64,000 nucleotides of DNA from IMG/VR virus record IMGVR_UViG_3300046615_000177, positions 42,643 to 106,642 of that record; one strand, given 5' to 3'. This document shows positions 29,205-37,179 of the stretch, in pieces. A program made the position numbers and the translations under genes. The stretch's first letter is position 1; each line of letters opens with the position of its first letter. Source of the stretch: a virus. Lineage: Duplodnaviria; Caudoviricetes. Below the pieces are notes generated by a model. The model was not told the origin of the DNA. It did no database searches and saw only the letters and a list, made by a program, of their open reading frames with translations.

Positions 29205-29834
29205 TTATTTGTAGAAATTTGTATAGAAACGGGCGTTAGGGCTGAAGACGAAACCAGATTCTTCAGCATGCCGGGTAAGTGCCTGATCTTCCACGATCTC
29301 GAACTCATGGTCAAGGGATAGCTGCTTTTGCCATAGCTTCGCGTACTCTTCTGCTGCCTTTAAGGTCTTGAACTTCTCAATAAGCCCATGACCTGCGGGC
29401 ATCCCCTTGTACTTGTCCTTCACGTAGCTGTAGTTCGCGTACCCTCCATTGACCTCATGCGGGGTCTCTCCCAGCGTTGTGTGGGTGCCCTGCACGTGGA
29501 CCTCATACCTGTAGCTTTTCAGGTCGTCACGGTCCCATACATAGGTCTTAAAATGATAGGCGGATGTTTGAAGCTCCCACATCGCCAGCATTTTTGCGTT
29601 GCGGGCCTCCGCGCCTCCTTCTACCCATGCCCCTACCTTCAGGTACCTAGCCATCCCTGCCAGCTTGTTCATCCGGGTAATGCGCCGGAGGTGGTTGTCC
29701 TCCACCTTCTTAAGCTCAGCAATCCGCTCCGTTAGCTCCCGGCGCTCGTCGGTGGCCTGCTGCGCCATCCGCAGCTCCATATCCATAGCTTCTTGATACG
29801 AGACCTTTCGGGTCGCACGTTTAACTTGGTTCAT
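29205..29834 (-). CDS. Hypothetical protein
   Basis: Start MNQVK after AAGGAGA. Confidence 0.7.
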   Translation of the reverse strand: MNQVKRATRKVSYQEAMDMELRMAQQATDERRELTERIAELKKVEDNHLRRITRMNKLAGMARYLKVGAWVEGGAEARNAKMLAMWELQTSAYHFKTYVWDRDDLKSYRYEVHVQGTHTTLGETPHEVNGGYANYSYVKDKYKGMPAGHGLIEKFKTLKAAEEYAKLWQKQLSLDHEFEIVEDQALTRHAEESGFVFSPNARFYTNFYK

Positions 29835-29974
29835 TATTATCGTCTCCTTGTATAGGTTTTTAGCGGTTGGGAATGCTGTGTACTGGGCGCCTGTACGGTC
29901 ACCAGTGATACCCATCGGTGCGCCCATTGTCTCTCCTTGGGGAGCCGCCTTTGGTCTGGGTGGCTCCGCTTTGC

Positions 29975-30181
29975 TTACTTCTGAAGTGGTCCCTTTACGA
30001 ACACATACCGCAGCACGAACCTGCGCACCTTCATATACAATCTTCCGCTGGTGGTCTTAATCTCTATATCGCCGTCACCATTAAAGTCGGGGTGGTCAGA
30101 GGCACCCACGACGCAGCAGTACTTTCCGTGCTCCATGTAGTCCTCGTCTACACACTGCCAAAAGCTGCCCGATTGGATCAT
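29975..30181 (-). CDS. Small hypothetical protein
   Basis: ATGA coupling. Confidence 0.55.
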   Translation of the reverse strand: MIQSGSFWQCVDEDYMEHGKYCCVVGASDHPDFNGDGDIEIKTTSGRLYMKVRRFVLRYVFVKGPLQK

Positions 30182-30651
30182 AGTTCTTCTTCGGAAGCCC
30201 GCATCGGTTCGTACTCCACCACTCCGGCTGCAACCAACTCGTCGCGGCGGAGCACATATTCCCTGAAATAGCCGTCCATCGCTGCTGCGGCCTCCGGTTC
30301 GGCGGCACGCATCGTCTCGATATACATGCGAAGCAGCTCGTTCAGTCCCTTTAGCCGCCCTTGCTCGTACGTATCACATTCGGAAAATCCTCTCACCCGG
30401 TTAACAGGCAGTTGCATTTCCCGGCCGTAGTAGTCCGTACCGATCAGGCAGTACACCTTGCCGTGGTATGGAAGGTCCACTTCCTGCATTTCTGTGATAG
30501 CGAACTCCCGTACCGTCGACTGCGCGGTCAGGAGCACCATGCCCATGTCCCGCTGTGCTTTCGGCATATAACCATAGGTGCCTTCCATGGTGATGTCGAG
30601 CACCCGGTTAACCATCGTTGCCGCCCGTACTTTTCCGTTTTCGATAATCAT
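30178..30651 (-). CDS. Hypothetical protein
   Basis: ATGA coupling. Confidence 0.65.
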   Translation of the reverse strand: MIIENGKVRAATMVNRVLDITMEGTYGYMPKAQRDMGMVLLTAQSTVREFAITEMQEVDLPYHGKVYCLIGTDYYGREMQLPVNRVRGFSECDTYEQGRLKGLNELLRMYIETMRAAEPEAAAAMDGYFREYVLRRDELVAAGVVEYEPMRASEEEL

Positions 30652-30857
30652 TTGTCATCGCTCCTACTTTCGATTTTTACGGTCAGGCCTAGCTCTTCTA
30701 GTACCTTATCCAGTGTGTCAATGTTGTAGTTGCTACCGTTCAGTATGCGGTGAATTTGCGGGTGATCCCATCCCAGATTAGCAGCCAGTCCCCGCTTGGA
30801 CAGGCCTTTCGAGAGAAGGGCAGATTCGATAGCCGCCGCGAACTGCTGCTTTAGCAT
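30648..30857 (-). CDS. XRE-family helix-turn-helix protein
   Basis: GLSKRGLAANLGWDHPQIHRILNG..NIDTLDKV..LG. Confidence 0.85.
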   Translation of the reverse strand: MLKQQFAAAIESALLSKGLSKRGLAANLGWDHPQIHRILNGSNYNIDTLDKVLEELGLTVKIESRSDDK

Positions 30858-31306
30858 GGCGGCTGGTCTTCCGACATGCGCTTCTCGTAATCGAGAATTT
30901 CCTCGTACGTCAGCCACTCCGGCTTATGGCCTTCGGGGAACGAGTCGTGAAGCTCTTTCATTTTCTCAATCTGTCCCTCTACGGTACCTGCCCATAGCTG
31001 AGAAACAGCTCGATTCCCATTCCCTAGGAAGTACTTACAGTCACCTTGCAGCCTATCCAGCAGCATATAGCTAAATCTGTATGGACTCTCTTCATATTTG
31101 GTCTTGAAGACTACCACCAGCTCGCTCTTGATGGGAGTACAAGGCTCGCCGTCAAACTCCCCATTGCTGCTACTGTACAGATCGGGAGTACTCCCATCCG
31201 ATAGGTCCTTCCATAGGTTGCCGTTTTCGAGGCACTTATACACGGGTCTATCCCAATCATCCTTACCGATAAACTCCATTGTTCTTACGTTCGTTGCAGC
31301 TTCCAT
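30851..31306 (-). CDS. LPD11 (large polyvalent protein-associated domain 11) protein
   Basis: YMLLDRLQGDCKYFLGNGNR...LWAG...QIEKMKEL...KPEWLT. Confidence 0.8.
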   Translation of the reverse strand: MEAATNVRTMEFIGKDDWDRPVYKCLENGNLWKDLSDGSTPDLYSSSNGEFDGEPCTPIKSELVVVFKTKYEESPYRFSYMLLDRLQGDCKYFLGNGNRAVSQLWAGTVEGQIEKMKELHDSFPEGHKPEWLTYEEILDYEKRMSEDQPPC

Positions 31307-31395
31307 TCTCAGCATCTCCCTTAGTTTTGTTTGGGGTAGGCTCCCCAAGTCAGGCCCGGAACCTTTGCAAGCGCTCCGAACCGTCCTTCGATAGC

Positions 31396-32031
31396 TTACT
31401 GCAATGGTCTCGCCAGCTCTTCCTTGATAAATGCGTGCCAGTCCGTAGGCCGGAGCCACGTCAGCATGATACTGCCGCGTTCTTCCAATGCCTTTACATG
31501 GTCGTCCCACTTCCGAAGTTCTCCATAAAAGAACTTCGAATTCCAGAACGCCTTTAGCTCCTTCAGGTTGGACACCTGATTCGTGATTCGCTCGATCGAC
31601 TTATGTGTCTCGGTGAACAGCTCTACGAGAAAGAGGGTATCCTTCTGGGTTGTAGGATCAGAGAAGATGACATTCGCGTCCGCCTCGTTCGGGTCATCCT
31701 TTCGCAGGATGAACCGAATACTTGACTTACCTCTTGTGTACCTGACTTCCGGGCAGTCAAAGGTGTCATTATGAATACTCTCTATGATGGAACCTTTGGC
31801 TACCGGAAACTCATTGGTCTTCCATTTGAAGCTCCGCACCTGCCGCTCTGCCTCCCGTAGGAGCTTCATGCCGTCCCCGTCCTTCTGAAGGGTGAAGGTG
31901 TCCAGCAGCTTCTTCTCCCCGGTCAGAGGGTTGATCGCGTGGGCATCCCACGTCGACCGTCCCTCCGTGTTTGTTCCTGCGACAAGCTCTCCAACAATAA
32001 CTCCGGCTTTTGCGACGATCATTTTCATCAT
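31396..32031 (-). CDS. Hypothetical protein
   Basis: Start MMKMI after AGGGAG; downstream of a class B promoter. Confidence 0.7.
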   Translation of the reverse strand: MMKMIVAKAGVIVGELVAGTNTEGRSTWDAHAINPLTGEKKLLDTFTLQKDGDGMKLLREAERQVRSFKWKTNEFPVAKGSIIESIHNDTFDCPEVRYTRGKSSIRFILRKDDPNEADANVIFSDPTTQKDTLFLVELFTETHKSIERITNQVSNLKELKAFWNSKFFYGELRKWDDHVKALEERGSIMLTWLRPTDWHAFIKEELARPLQ

Positions 32032-32079
32032 GCTCCCTATATTTGTGATAGGGGCGGAGGGTACCGCCCCTTCATTTTC

Positions 32080-32108
32080 ATTATACACAGGTTTCTCGTA
32101 AAACTCTT
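32080..32108 (-). promoter_or_regulatory. Class B promoter, copy 4
   Basis: AAGAGTT-TTAC-GAG-AAA-CCTGTG-TATAAT. Confidence 0.75.
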
Positions 32109-32128
32109 AGTGTCCCAAGGCTTGCGGC

Positions 32129-32275
32129 TTAAAGCACGTCGCCCCAAGTTTTTCCGTGCTTGGCGTTCAGCCAGTCTCCCAGATCGGAGAACCACATATC
32201 GAGTGCGGGGTCGTAGAAGCCTTCTTGCTTGTCGTGTACCAGCGTGTCCATATCTCTCATAACCTTTGCATCCAT
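32129..32275 (-). CDS. Small acidic/aromatic protein (48 aa)
   Basis: MDAKVMRDMD...WGDVL after TAGGAG; lies between class B promoters 5 and 4. Confidence 0.6.
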   Translation of the reverse strand: MDAKVMRDMDTLVHDKQEGFYDPALDMWFSDLGDWLNAKHGKTWGDVL

Positions 32276-32321
32276 CAGTACCAGCTCCTAAATAATATTT
32301 GGGGTTCCTCCCCTCATTCAC

Positions 32322-32350
32322 ACTATACACAGGCCTCTCACAGAACTCTT
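32322..32350 (-). promoter_or_regulatory. Class B promoter, copy 5
   Basis: AAGAGTT-CTGT-GAG-AGG-CCTGTG-TATAGT. Confidence 0.75.
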
Positions 32351-32548
32351 TTGCGTCATATCCGGCTCTATCGGGTAGTGTTCTTGTACAACGGCAAAAG
32401 GAAGGAGGCCGCGCCAATGTTCCCGCAAAGGCTGCGCCTATACCTAGCCCTGTTTGGCACTGGTTACGCCACTATCGCCATCTATCTACTCACCCGTGTA
32501 TAAAGCACCGTCCAGTTGGGCATAACTACTAGCGACGACTATTTATAG

Positions 32549-32585
32549 AAAAGCCACGACTTCCGAAGGGGAGGCCGTGGCTTTT
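32549..32585. terminator. Bidirectional terminator-like hairpin containing a CTTCCGAAG copy
   Basis: AAAAGCCACG ... CGTGGCTTTT. Confidence 0.6.
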
Positions 32586-32590
32586 CGTCG

Positions 32591-32914
32591 TTACCGGGAA
32601 CGGGTGTCTTGATAGCGCGGCTCTGTCCGGTTCTGCTTACGGCCATTCGTATACAGCCGATCAGGAGCCGGAGGGATAGCCGCAATCTTGGCCTCCTGTT
32701 TGGTCAGGTGCTCGGTCAGGTAGTAGGAGAGGGCAAGCCCGATGATAAAGTCCCGGTCTACCGGGTCCTTATCCGTCGCTTGGTCCGTCTCGTTGCGGAT
32801 GTAGATCAGCGTTTCGAGTGCCATGTAGAGTTGGGCAGGGAGGATAACCTGCATTTTCACGGAGTGCCGATCCCGGTAGAGCGCGCCGACCATCTTACCA
32901 AAAATGTTGCTCAT
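32591..32914 (-). CDS. Possible ribbon-helix-helix protein
   Basis: KMQVILPAQLY strand-helix pattern; coupled to the upstream RHH gene. Confidence 0.5.
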   Translation of the reverse strand: MSNIFGKMVGALYRDRHSVKMQVILPAQLYMALETLIYIRNETDQATDKDPVDRDFIIGLALSYYLTEHLTKQEAKIAAIPPAPDRLYTNGRKQNRTEPRYQDTRSR

Positions 32915-33201
32915 TACACAAACCTCCCTGTCCGCACGGTAGCCGAATCGACCACGTAGTAGCCACGAGTTACGTCGCGCGGGAATTTATTCTGCATAAG
33001 GGCGTGGAAACCATCGCTAGTGCTCGCATACAGAATCGCCTCGTTGTACGTAACGTTTAGGGAAACATTATGGCGAAACGATAGGGCGTCGATCTCATTG
33101 TGAAGCGTCGCGTCGATGCGCAGCGGAAATCTGTGCTTCTTCTTGCTGCTGACATTGACAGGCTGTTGCCCCTTTCCTCTTCTCGTTTTAGCCACTCTCA
33201 A
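32914..33201 (-). CDS. Ribbon-helix-helix (Arc-like) DNA-binding protein
   Basis: KHRFPLRIDATLHNEIDALS...SLN. Confidence 0.7.
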   Translation of the reverse strand: MRVAKTRRGKGQQPVNVSSKKKHRFPLRIDATLHNEIDALSFRHNVSLNVTYNEAILYASTSDGFHALMQNKFPRDVTRGYYVVDSATVRTGRFV

Positions 33202-33310
33202 CCCTCCCTTTTGGTGGTAATGCTCGATGTCATGATGTCATGGCGTCACTTTTTGGCTGCGAGTAGGGACCGATAGCTGAATATCGCTGGCTACCGACCA
33301 CTACCGCTAA

Positions 33311-34423
33311 CTATCGGCGGTAGCGAGACAGGATGTCGGCCACACCCTGCTTCGCGCTTGGCACTCCTGCGGCCTGTAGTGCCCTCTGCCGGGGCTTGCT
33401 GGTTTGAACCGTCTTAGGCTTGTACTCTTCCTCTTCTCGCGTGTCCGGGGAGCCTGCGGCCTCTATCCGGGCGTCGATCTGCTCGAACCGGGTTTTAGGG
33501 AACGGTAGGCCTGTCAGCACGGTCAGGATGCGCCCGCCGTTGTCCTCGTGATAGTAGCCTTCAAACAGGTCAATAGGCGCCCTTCCGAAGGGGCTGAAGA
33601 TCGTAGCTGCATCGAAATGGTTCATAAGGGACTCCTGCCCATCGTAGATAAGCGCTGCCTTGGTAACGCGGTCGTACTCAATGGTGGAGAATATGGAGGA
33701 CGTCCAAGAGCTTTGTATGGTGCCTGCAATGCCCTCTGGCGTGATGTCCGTTTTTCCCCGGGATACCTTGGCAATCTCCGCCTCTGCGATAACCCCAATC
33801 CCCGGCTGGCTGAATAGCGTCGCGAGGTCGGTACGGTCAAAGTTACCGTTCCGGCTCTCCTTCTCCGTGAAGGCGTTCAGATCGAACAGAAAAGAGCTAA
33901 AGCGCTCGTTTGTCTCCCGGTACTGGGCGTTCTTTCCGCCGCTAATCTTGTCATTGTCTACGGGCAGTATGCATACGCCAAGCTTCAGAAGCTCGGACAT
34001 CGTCGCACTGGTATTCGCCTGACTGACAGGGGCCTCCGTTCCGCACGGCAAGATAGGTACAGCCACGAACACCTTATCTTGCATAAGCTCCGCCAGCAGG
34101 TCGAGCAGAATCGGGGCCATCCCTGCCCCGGAGCCGCCGCCCGTAGCAAAAGGCACGAAGATCAGGCGGTAAGACGGGCTTCCGAAGTTCTCCTGCACGA
34201 ACTGGTACACCATGTCATAGTGCTCTGCCATCAGGGTAATTGCCAGCTCACGATCATGTCCTACGCCCTCTGAACCCGGCACCTTCAGCTTGTGCTTTAC
34301 ACTGGCCGCGCTGTTGAGGTCGCGCTGTGAGAAGTTGATAGCTGCGGCGTGGATGCCCAGCAGGCTCGCCTCGTTGGCGATGTTTCCGCCTGCTCCGCCC
34401 AACCCTAAAACTGCGATTGTCAT
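33311..34423 (-). CDS. tubZ: TubZ/FtsZ-family tubulin-like GTPase
   Basis: VLGLGGAGGNIA, AAIN, GVGHD, signature GGGSGAG, VDND, T7 loop NFDRTDL. Confidence 0.88.
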   Translation of the reverse strand: MTIAVLGLGGAGGNIANEASLLGIHAAAINFSQRDLNSAASVKHKLKVPGSEGVGHDRELAITLMAEHYDMVYQFVQENFGSPSYRLIFVPFATGGGSGAGMAPILLDLLAELMQDKVFVAVPILPCGTEAPVSQANTSATMSELLKLGVCILPVDNDKISGGKNAQYRETNERFSSFLFDLNAFTEKESRNGNFDRTDLATLFSQPGIGVIAEAEIAKVSRGKTDITPEGIAGTIQSSWTSSIFSTIEYDRVTKAALIYDGQESLMNHFDAATIFSPFGRAPIDLFEGYYHEDNGGRILTVLTGLPFPKTRFEQIDARIEAAGSPDTREEEEYKPKTVQTSKPRQRALQAAGVPSAKQGVADILSRYRR

Positions 34424-34424
34424 A

Positions 34425-34721
34425 TTAGTTTCCCTCCACCATGGATAGAATTTTCTGGAGCGCCGTCTGGCCGTACAAAGTGATGAACATTCCGTGCTCT
34501 TTGGAGTCCGTACGGAGCACGATAAACTGAAGTGCTGTAAGCCTTGCTACGGACTTCCGAAGGATAGCCTCTGATAGCTTCCCCTTCGTCATCGCTGTGC
34601 GATACGGTACGGCCTTGAACTTGGCCGTGGCGTCCTCGTCGAGCAGAACGCCAAGCAGTTGGGTGTCCTCCGTGGTTAAGCTGGCTATCACCTCGTCAAA
34701 ATAACTGGCAACTTCTGTCAT
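34425..34721 (-). CDS. Winged-helix protein, candidate TubR adaptor
   Basis: LSEAILRKSVARL...ITLYG wHTH pattern; directly upstream of tubZ. Confidence 0.55.
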   Translation of the reverse strand: MTEVASYFDEVIASLTTEDTQLLGVLLDEDATAKFKAVPYRTAMTKGKLSEAILRKSVARLTALQFIVLRTDSKEHGMFITLYGQTALQKILSMVEGN

Positions 34722-34807
34722 CCGGGTTCCTCCCTTGATATTTGGCGGGCGGTGAATATCACGTCCGATAATTAAGTATACGTGGCTATCGAGGTTTTAG
34801 ACCAAAA

Positions 34808-34840
34808 TAAAAACGCCCAGTCTATGCGAGACTAGGCGCT
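34808..34840 (-). terminator. Intrinsic terminator after the sigma factor gene
   Basis: AGCGCCTAGTCT-CGCAT-AGACTGGGCGTT followed by a T-rich run. Confidence 0.7.
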
Positions 34841-34844
34841 TCGA

Positions 34845-36095
34845 TCAGAGTTGTTCGAGGTGGACATGAAAGCGATAAGACTCCCCTTCCTGCATCTGGG
34901 AACCCAATACGTGGACAAAGGATTCAATAGCAGAGATATCCACTCGGTCGAGCGTCAAGGTGATCGCTGGCCTGCGCGCTTTAACTGGAGTCTCTGCCCG
35001 TTCGATCAGCATGCTGTCCTCAGTGGTTACTGCCTCCGTGTTCGGCTCCAGTGCGGGCGGGTGTGCTGCTCGCGCTTTGGCTGGCGTCGCATGTACTTCC
35101 TCTGCTTCTGGATTAGCAGGCGCTTCCGCTGACTGGTGTGTTACACGTACTTCGGAAGCCTGCTCCGACGGTGGGACAACCGTAATGGCAGGAGACGGTT
35201 TCCGCTTAAACCGATCTTCCAGCCGCCGCTGCTCTTCGGAGGTCAAGGTCCGCAGGAAGGCCTCCACCCTTGGCTGGATAGCATCGTCTGCTGACACGCC
35301 CAGCATCTTGCCGTTGTCGTACTTTTGGCGGTGCTTACCTACCATTACCCCGGAGCAGCCTACAATATTTGCTATCTGCCCATTGTTTAGGGCCGTCGTT
35401 TCAAAAATGTGCTTCAGGTGCCCCTTGTTGATCGTCGCCATCTTTACCACTTTCCCCTCTGTTTGGGTTGCGCTCCCCTTCGCGCATGCGATACTGTGCA
35501 GCTTCTTTTTTATGCGGGCCATTGTACGAGAGATGTAGGACTGTGATAATCTCAGCTCTTCTCCTATCTCCGCCATACTCTTACTCTCCCCGTAGTACAT
35601 CCGCAGGATTGCAGCTTCACGAGGGTTAGCCCCTCGGAAGAACGCGTCCAATACCTCTTGGGCAGCAGCGATGTGCTCTTTACGTGCGTCTGCTTCTGGG
35701 TCCCCTGCGGCGATTACATCTGACAGCGTTAACGCGTCGCCATCGAAGTTAATATGTAGTGGGTCGTCCAAGCTGCTGGTCGTTCCTGTGAACTTCTTCC
35801 CCTTCCGAAGGAACATCAAAATCTCATTCTCCATACACCGGGAGCTATAAGTGGCAAACTTTACGCCTCTAGCAAGCTCAAATGTGTTGTAGGCCTTCAC
35901 GAACCCCACTTGCGCCAAGCCGATAAGATCGTCTAAGGGGTGCCCTGAGTTTACAAATTTCTGAGCTACGAAAAGGAGTAGGCGGTAGTTATGGGCAAAA
36001 TATAAATCCTTGGCGTGGGTGTATCCACCCTTTGCGCGCTTCAGAAGCTCGTAGTTCTCCTCTTCCGGTAAGGCCGGGAGCGCCGCTACTGCCAT
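34845..36095 (-). CDS. Sporulation-type (SigE/SigK-like) sigma factor with a ~200-aa C-terminal extension
   Basis: HNYRLL..VAQKF, DDLI...GFVKAY.TF, KFATYSSRCMENEILMFLRK, region 4 EIGEELRLSQSYISR. Confidence 0.88.
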   Translation of the reverse strand: MAVAALPALPEEENYELLKRAKGGYTHAKDLYFAHNYRLLLFVAQKFVNSGHPLDDLIGLAQVGFVKAYNTFELARGVKFATYSSRCMENEILMFLRKGKKFTGTTSSLDDPLHINFDGDALTLSDVIAAGDPEADARKEHIAAAQEVLDAFFRGANPREAAILRMYYGESKSMAEIGEELRLSQSYISRTMARIKKKLHSIACAKGSATQTEGKVVKMATINKGHLKHIFETTALNNGQIANIVGCSGVMVGKHRQKYDNGKMLGVSADDAIQPRVEAFLRTLTSEEQRRLEDRFKRKPSPAITVVPPSEQASEVRVTHQSAEAPANPEAEEVHATPAKARAAHPPALEPNTEAVTTEDSMLIERAETPVKARRPAITLTLDRVDISAIESFVHVLGSQMQEGESYRFHVHLEQL

Positions 36096-36181
36096 AGTTT
36101 TCCACTCCTTGTGCATACACAAAAGCCCACAGGTTTCCGGCGTGCTCATTGGTTATCTGTAGGCTCTTAGGTGTGTGGTGC

Positions 36182-36523
36182 TTAGTGTGTTGGTGCGTTT
36201 ACGATCCAGCAGTGGCCGGAGGTATCTACGAATAAGTCATGACGGTCCGGGTCAAATTCCTCCAGCGGTGTTCCCAGCAGCGCAAGCGCTCCGCCCATCG
36301 TATAGGCGTACCCTTGGTACAGAGCATCGAAGTCCTGAATGAGTGCGTCGATCTGCTCCTTCTTCAGCTGGAGCTTTGCCATGGTCTCCCGGACAGCCAT
36401 GGCATCACCCTTCGGAAGCTTACCTACGTACTTGCCGTTCTCAGTACACTTTAGGTCGTCAGTAACAGAGCGAGTGTCTATCCGGCGACGAGTGAACAGG
36501 TCGTATACGTTGTTCTTACTCAT
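36182..36523 (-). CDS. Hypothetical protein
   Basis: Overlaps the upstream stop codon. Confidence 0.6.
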   Translation of the reverse strand: MSKNNVYDLFTRRRIDTRSVTDDLKCTENGKYVGKLPKGDAMAVRETMAKLQLKKEQIDALIQDFDALYQGYAYTMGGALALLGTPLEEFDPDRHDLFVDTSGHCWIVNAPTH

Positions 36524-36998
36524 GAGGTGTTCCGATCTTCAGCGCGTCTGCGGCGACGTTCTGGATACGCGATATCTTCCAGCGAATCTCCCGAAGCTGT
36601 ACCTCCAGCTCGGATATCCGCAGGTTGGCGCTGTAAAGGTCTGTATACCCCTCTCCCGGCGTTGGTGGAGTAGGCTGATCCTCACGGAAGGTGTAGTTAG
36701 GCTTCGCTGGACGTACAGGGCGCGGCTGCGCGGTGTACTCCGCCCGGAATGATCCCTTTTGTGGGAGGCAAGCCCCCCACCATTGACGGAACTGTGTCCG
36801 GCCCCAGCTTGTGTACTTCCTCCGCTCGCTCTCAATCTCAAAATTCCGACATATCTGTCCGAAGGCTTGCTGCTCGTCCAGATCGTCAAATAGATGCGCC
36901 ATCCCTACGATGGCCTGCATACCCAACAATAGGGACTTAGTCGAATGCACTGTCCTCTGCTCGATTATCGCGTCAAGCTGGCTTACCGCTCTATCCAT
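36516..36998 (-). CDS. Hypothetical protein
   Basis: RBS GAGGTG. Confidence 0.65.
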   Translation of the reverse strand: MDRAVSQLDAIIEQRTVHSTKSLLLGMQAIVGMAHLFDDLDEQQAFGQICRNFEIESERRKYTSWGRTQFRQWWGACLPQKGSFRAEYTAQPRPVRPAKPNYTFREDQPTPPTPGEGYTDLYSANLRISELEVQLREIRWKISRIQNVAADALKIGTPHE

Positions 36999-37179
36999 CG
37001 GATTTCACCTCTTCCGTCTTTTGAGAGTAAGGGGTCTTGTGCTGCTCCCCGTCGTCAGTGGGGCGGGCATAGTATGCCTCCCACGCCTTGCGGTGCTGTA
37101 TCCTCCGGTTGATAGACGCACCCATAATTGCGAACGCTATCGAGAGCACCATTACAGCGTCAGTTATATTGCTACCCAT
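36991..37179 (-). CDS. Small single-pass membrane protein
   Basis: Hydrophobic AVMVLSIAFAIMGASI followed by basic residues. Confidence 0.55.
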   Translation of the reverse strand: MGSNITDAVMVLSIAFAIMGASINRRIQHRKAWEAYYARPTDDGEQHKTPYSQKTEEVKSDG

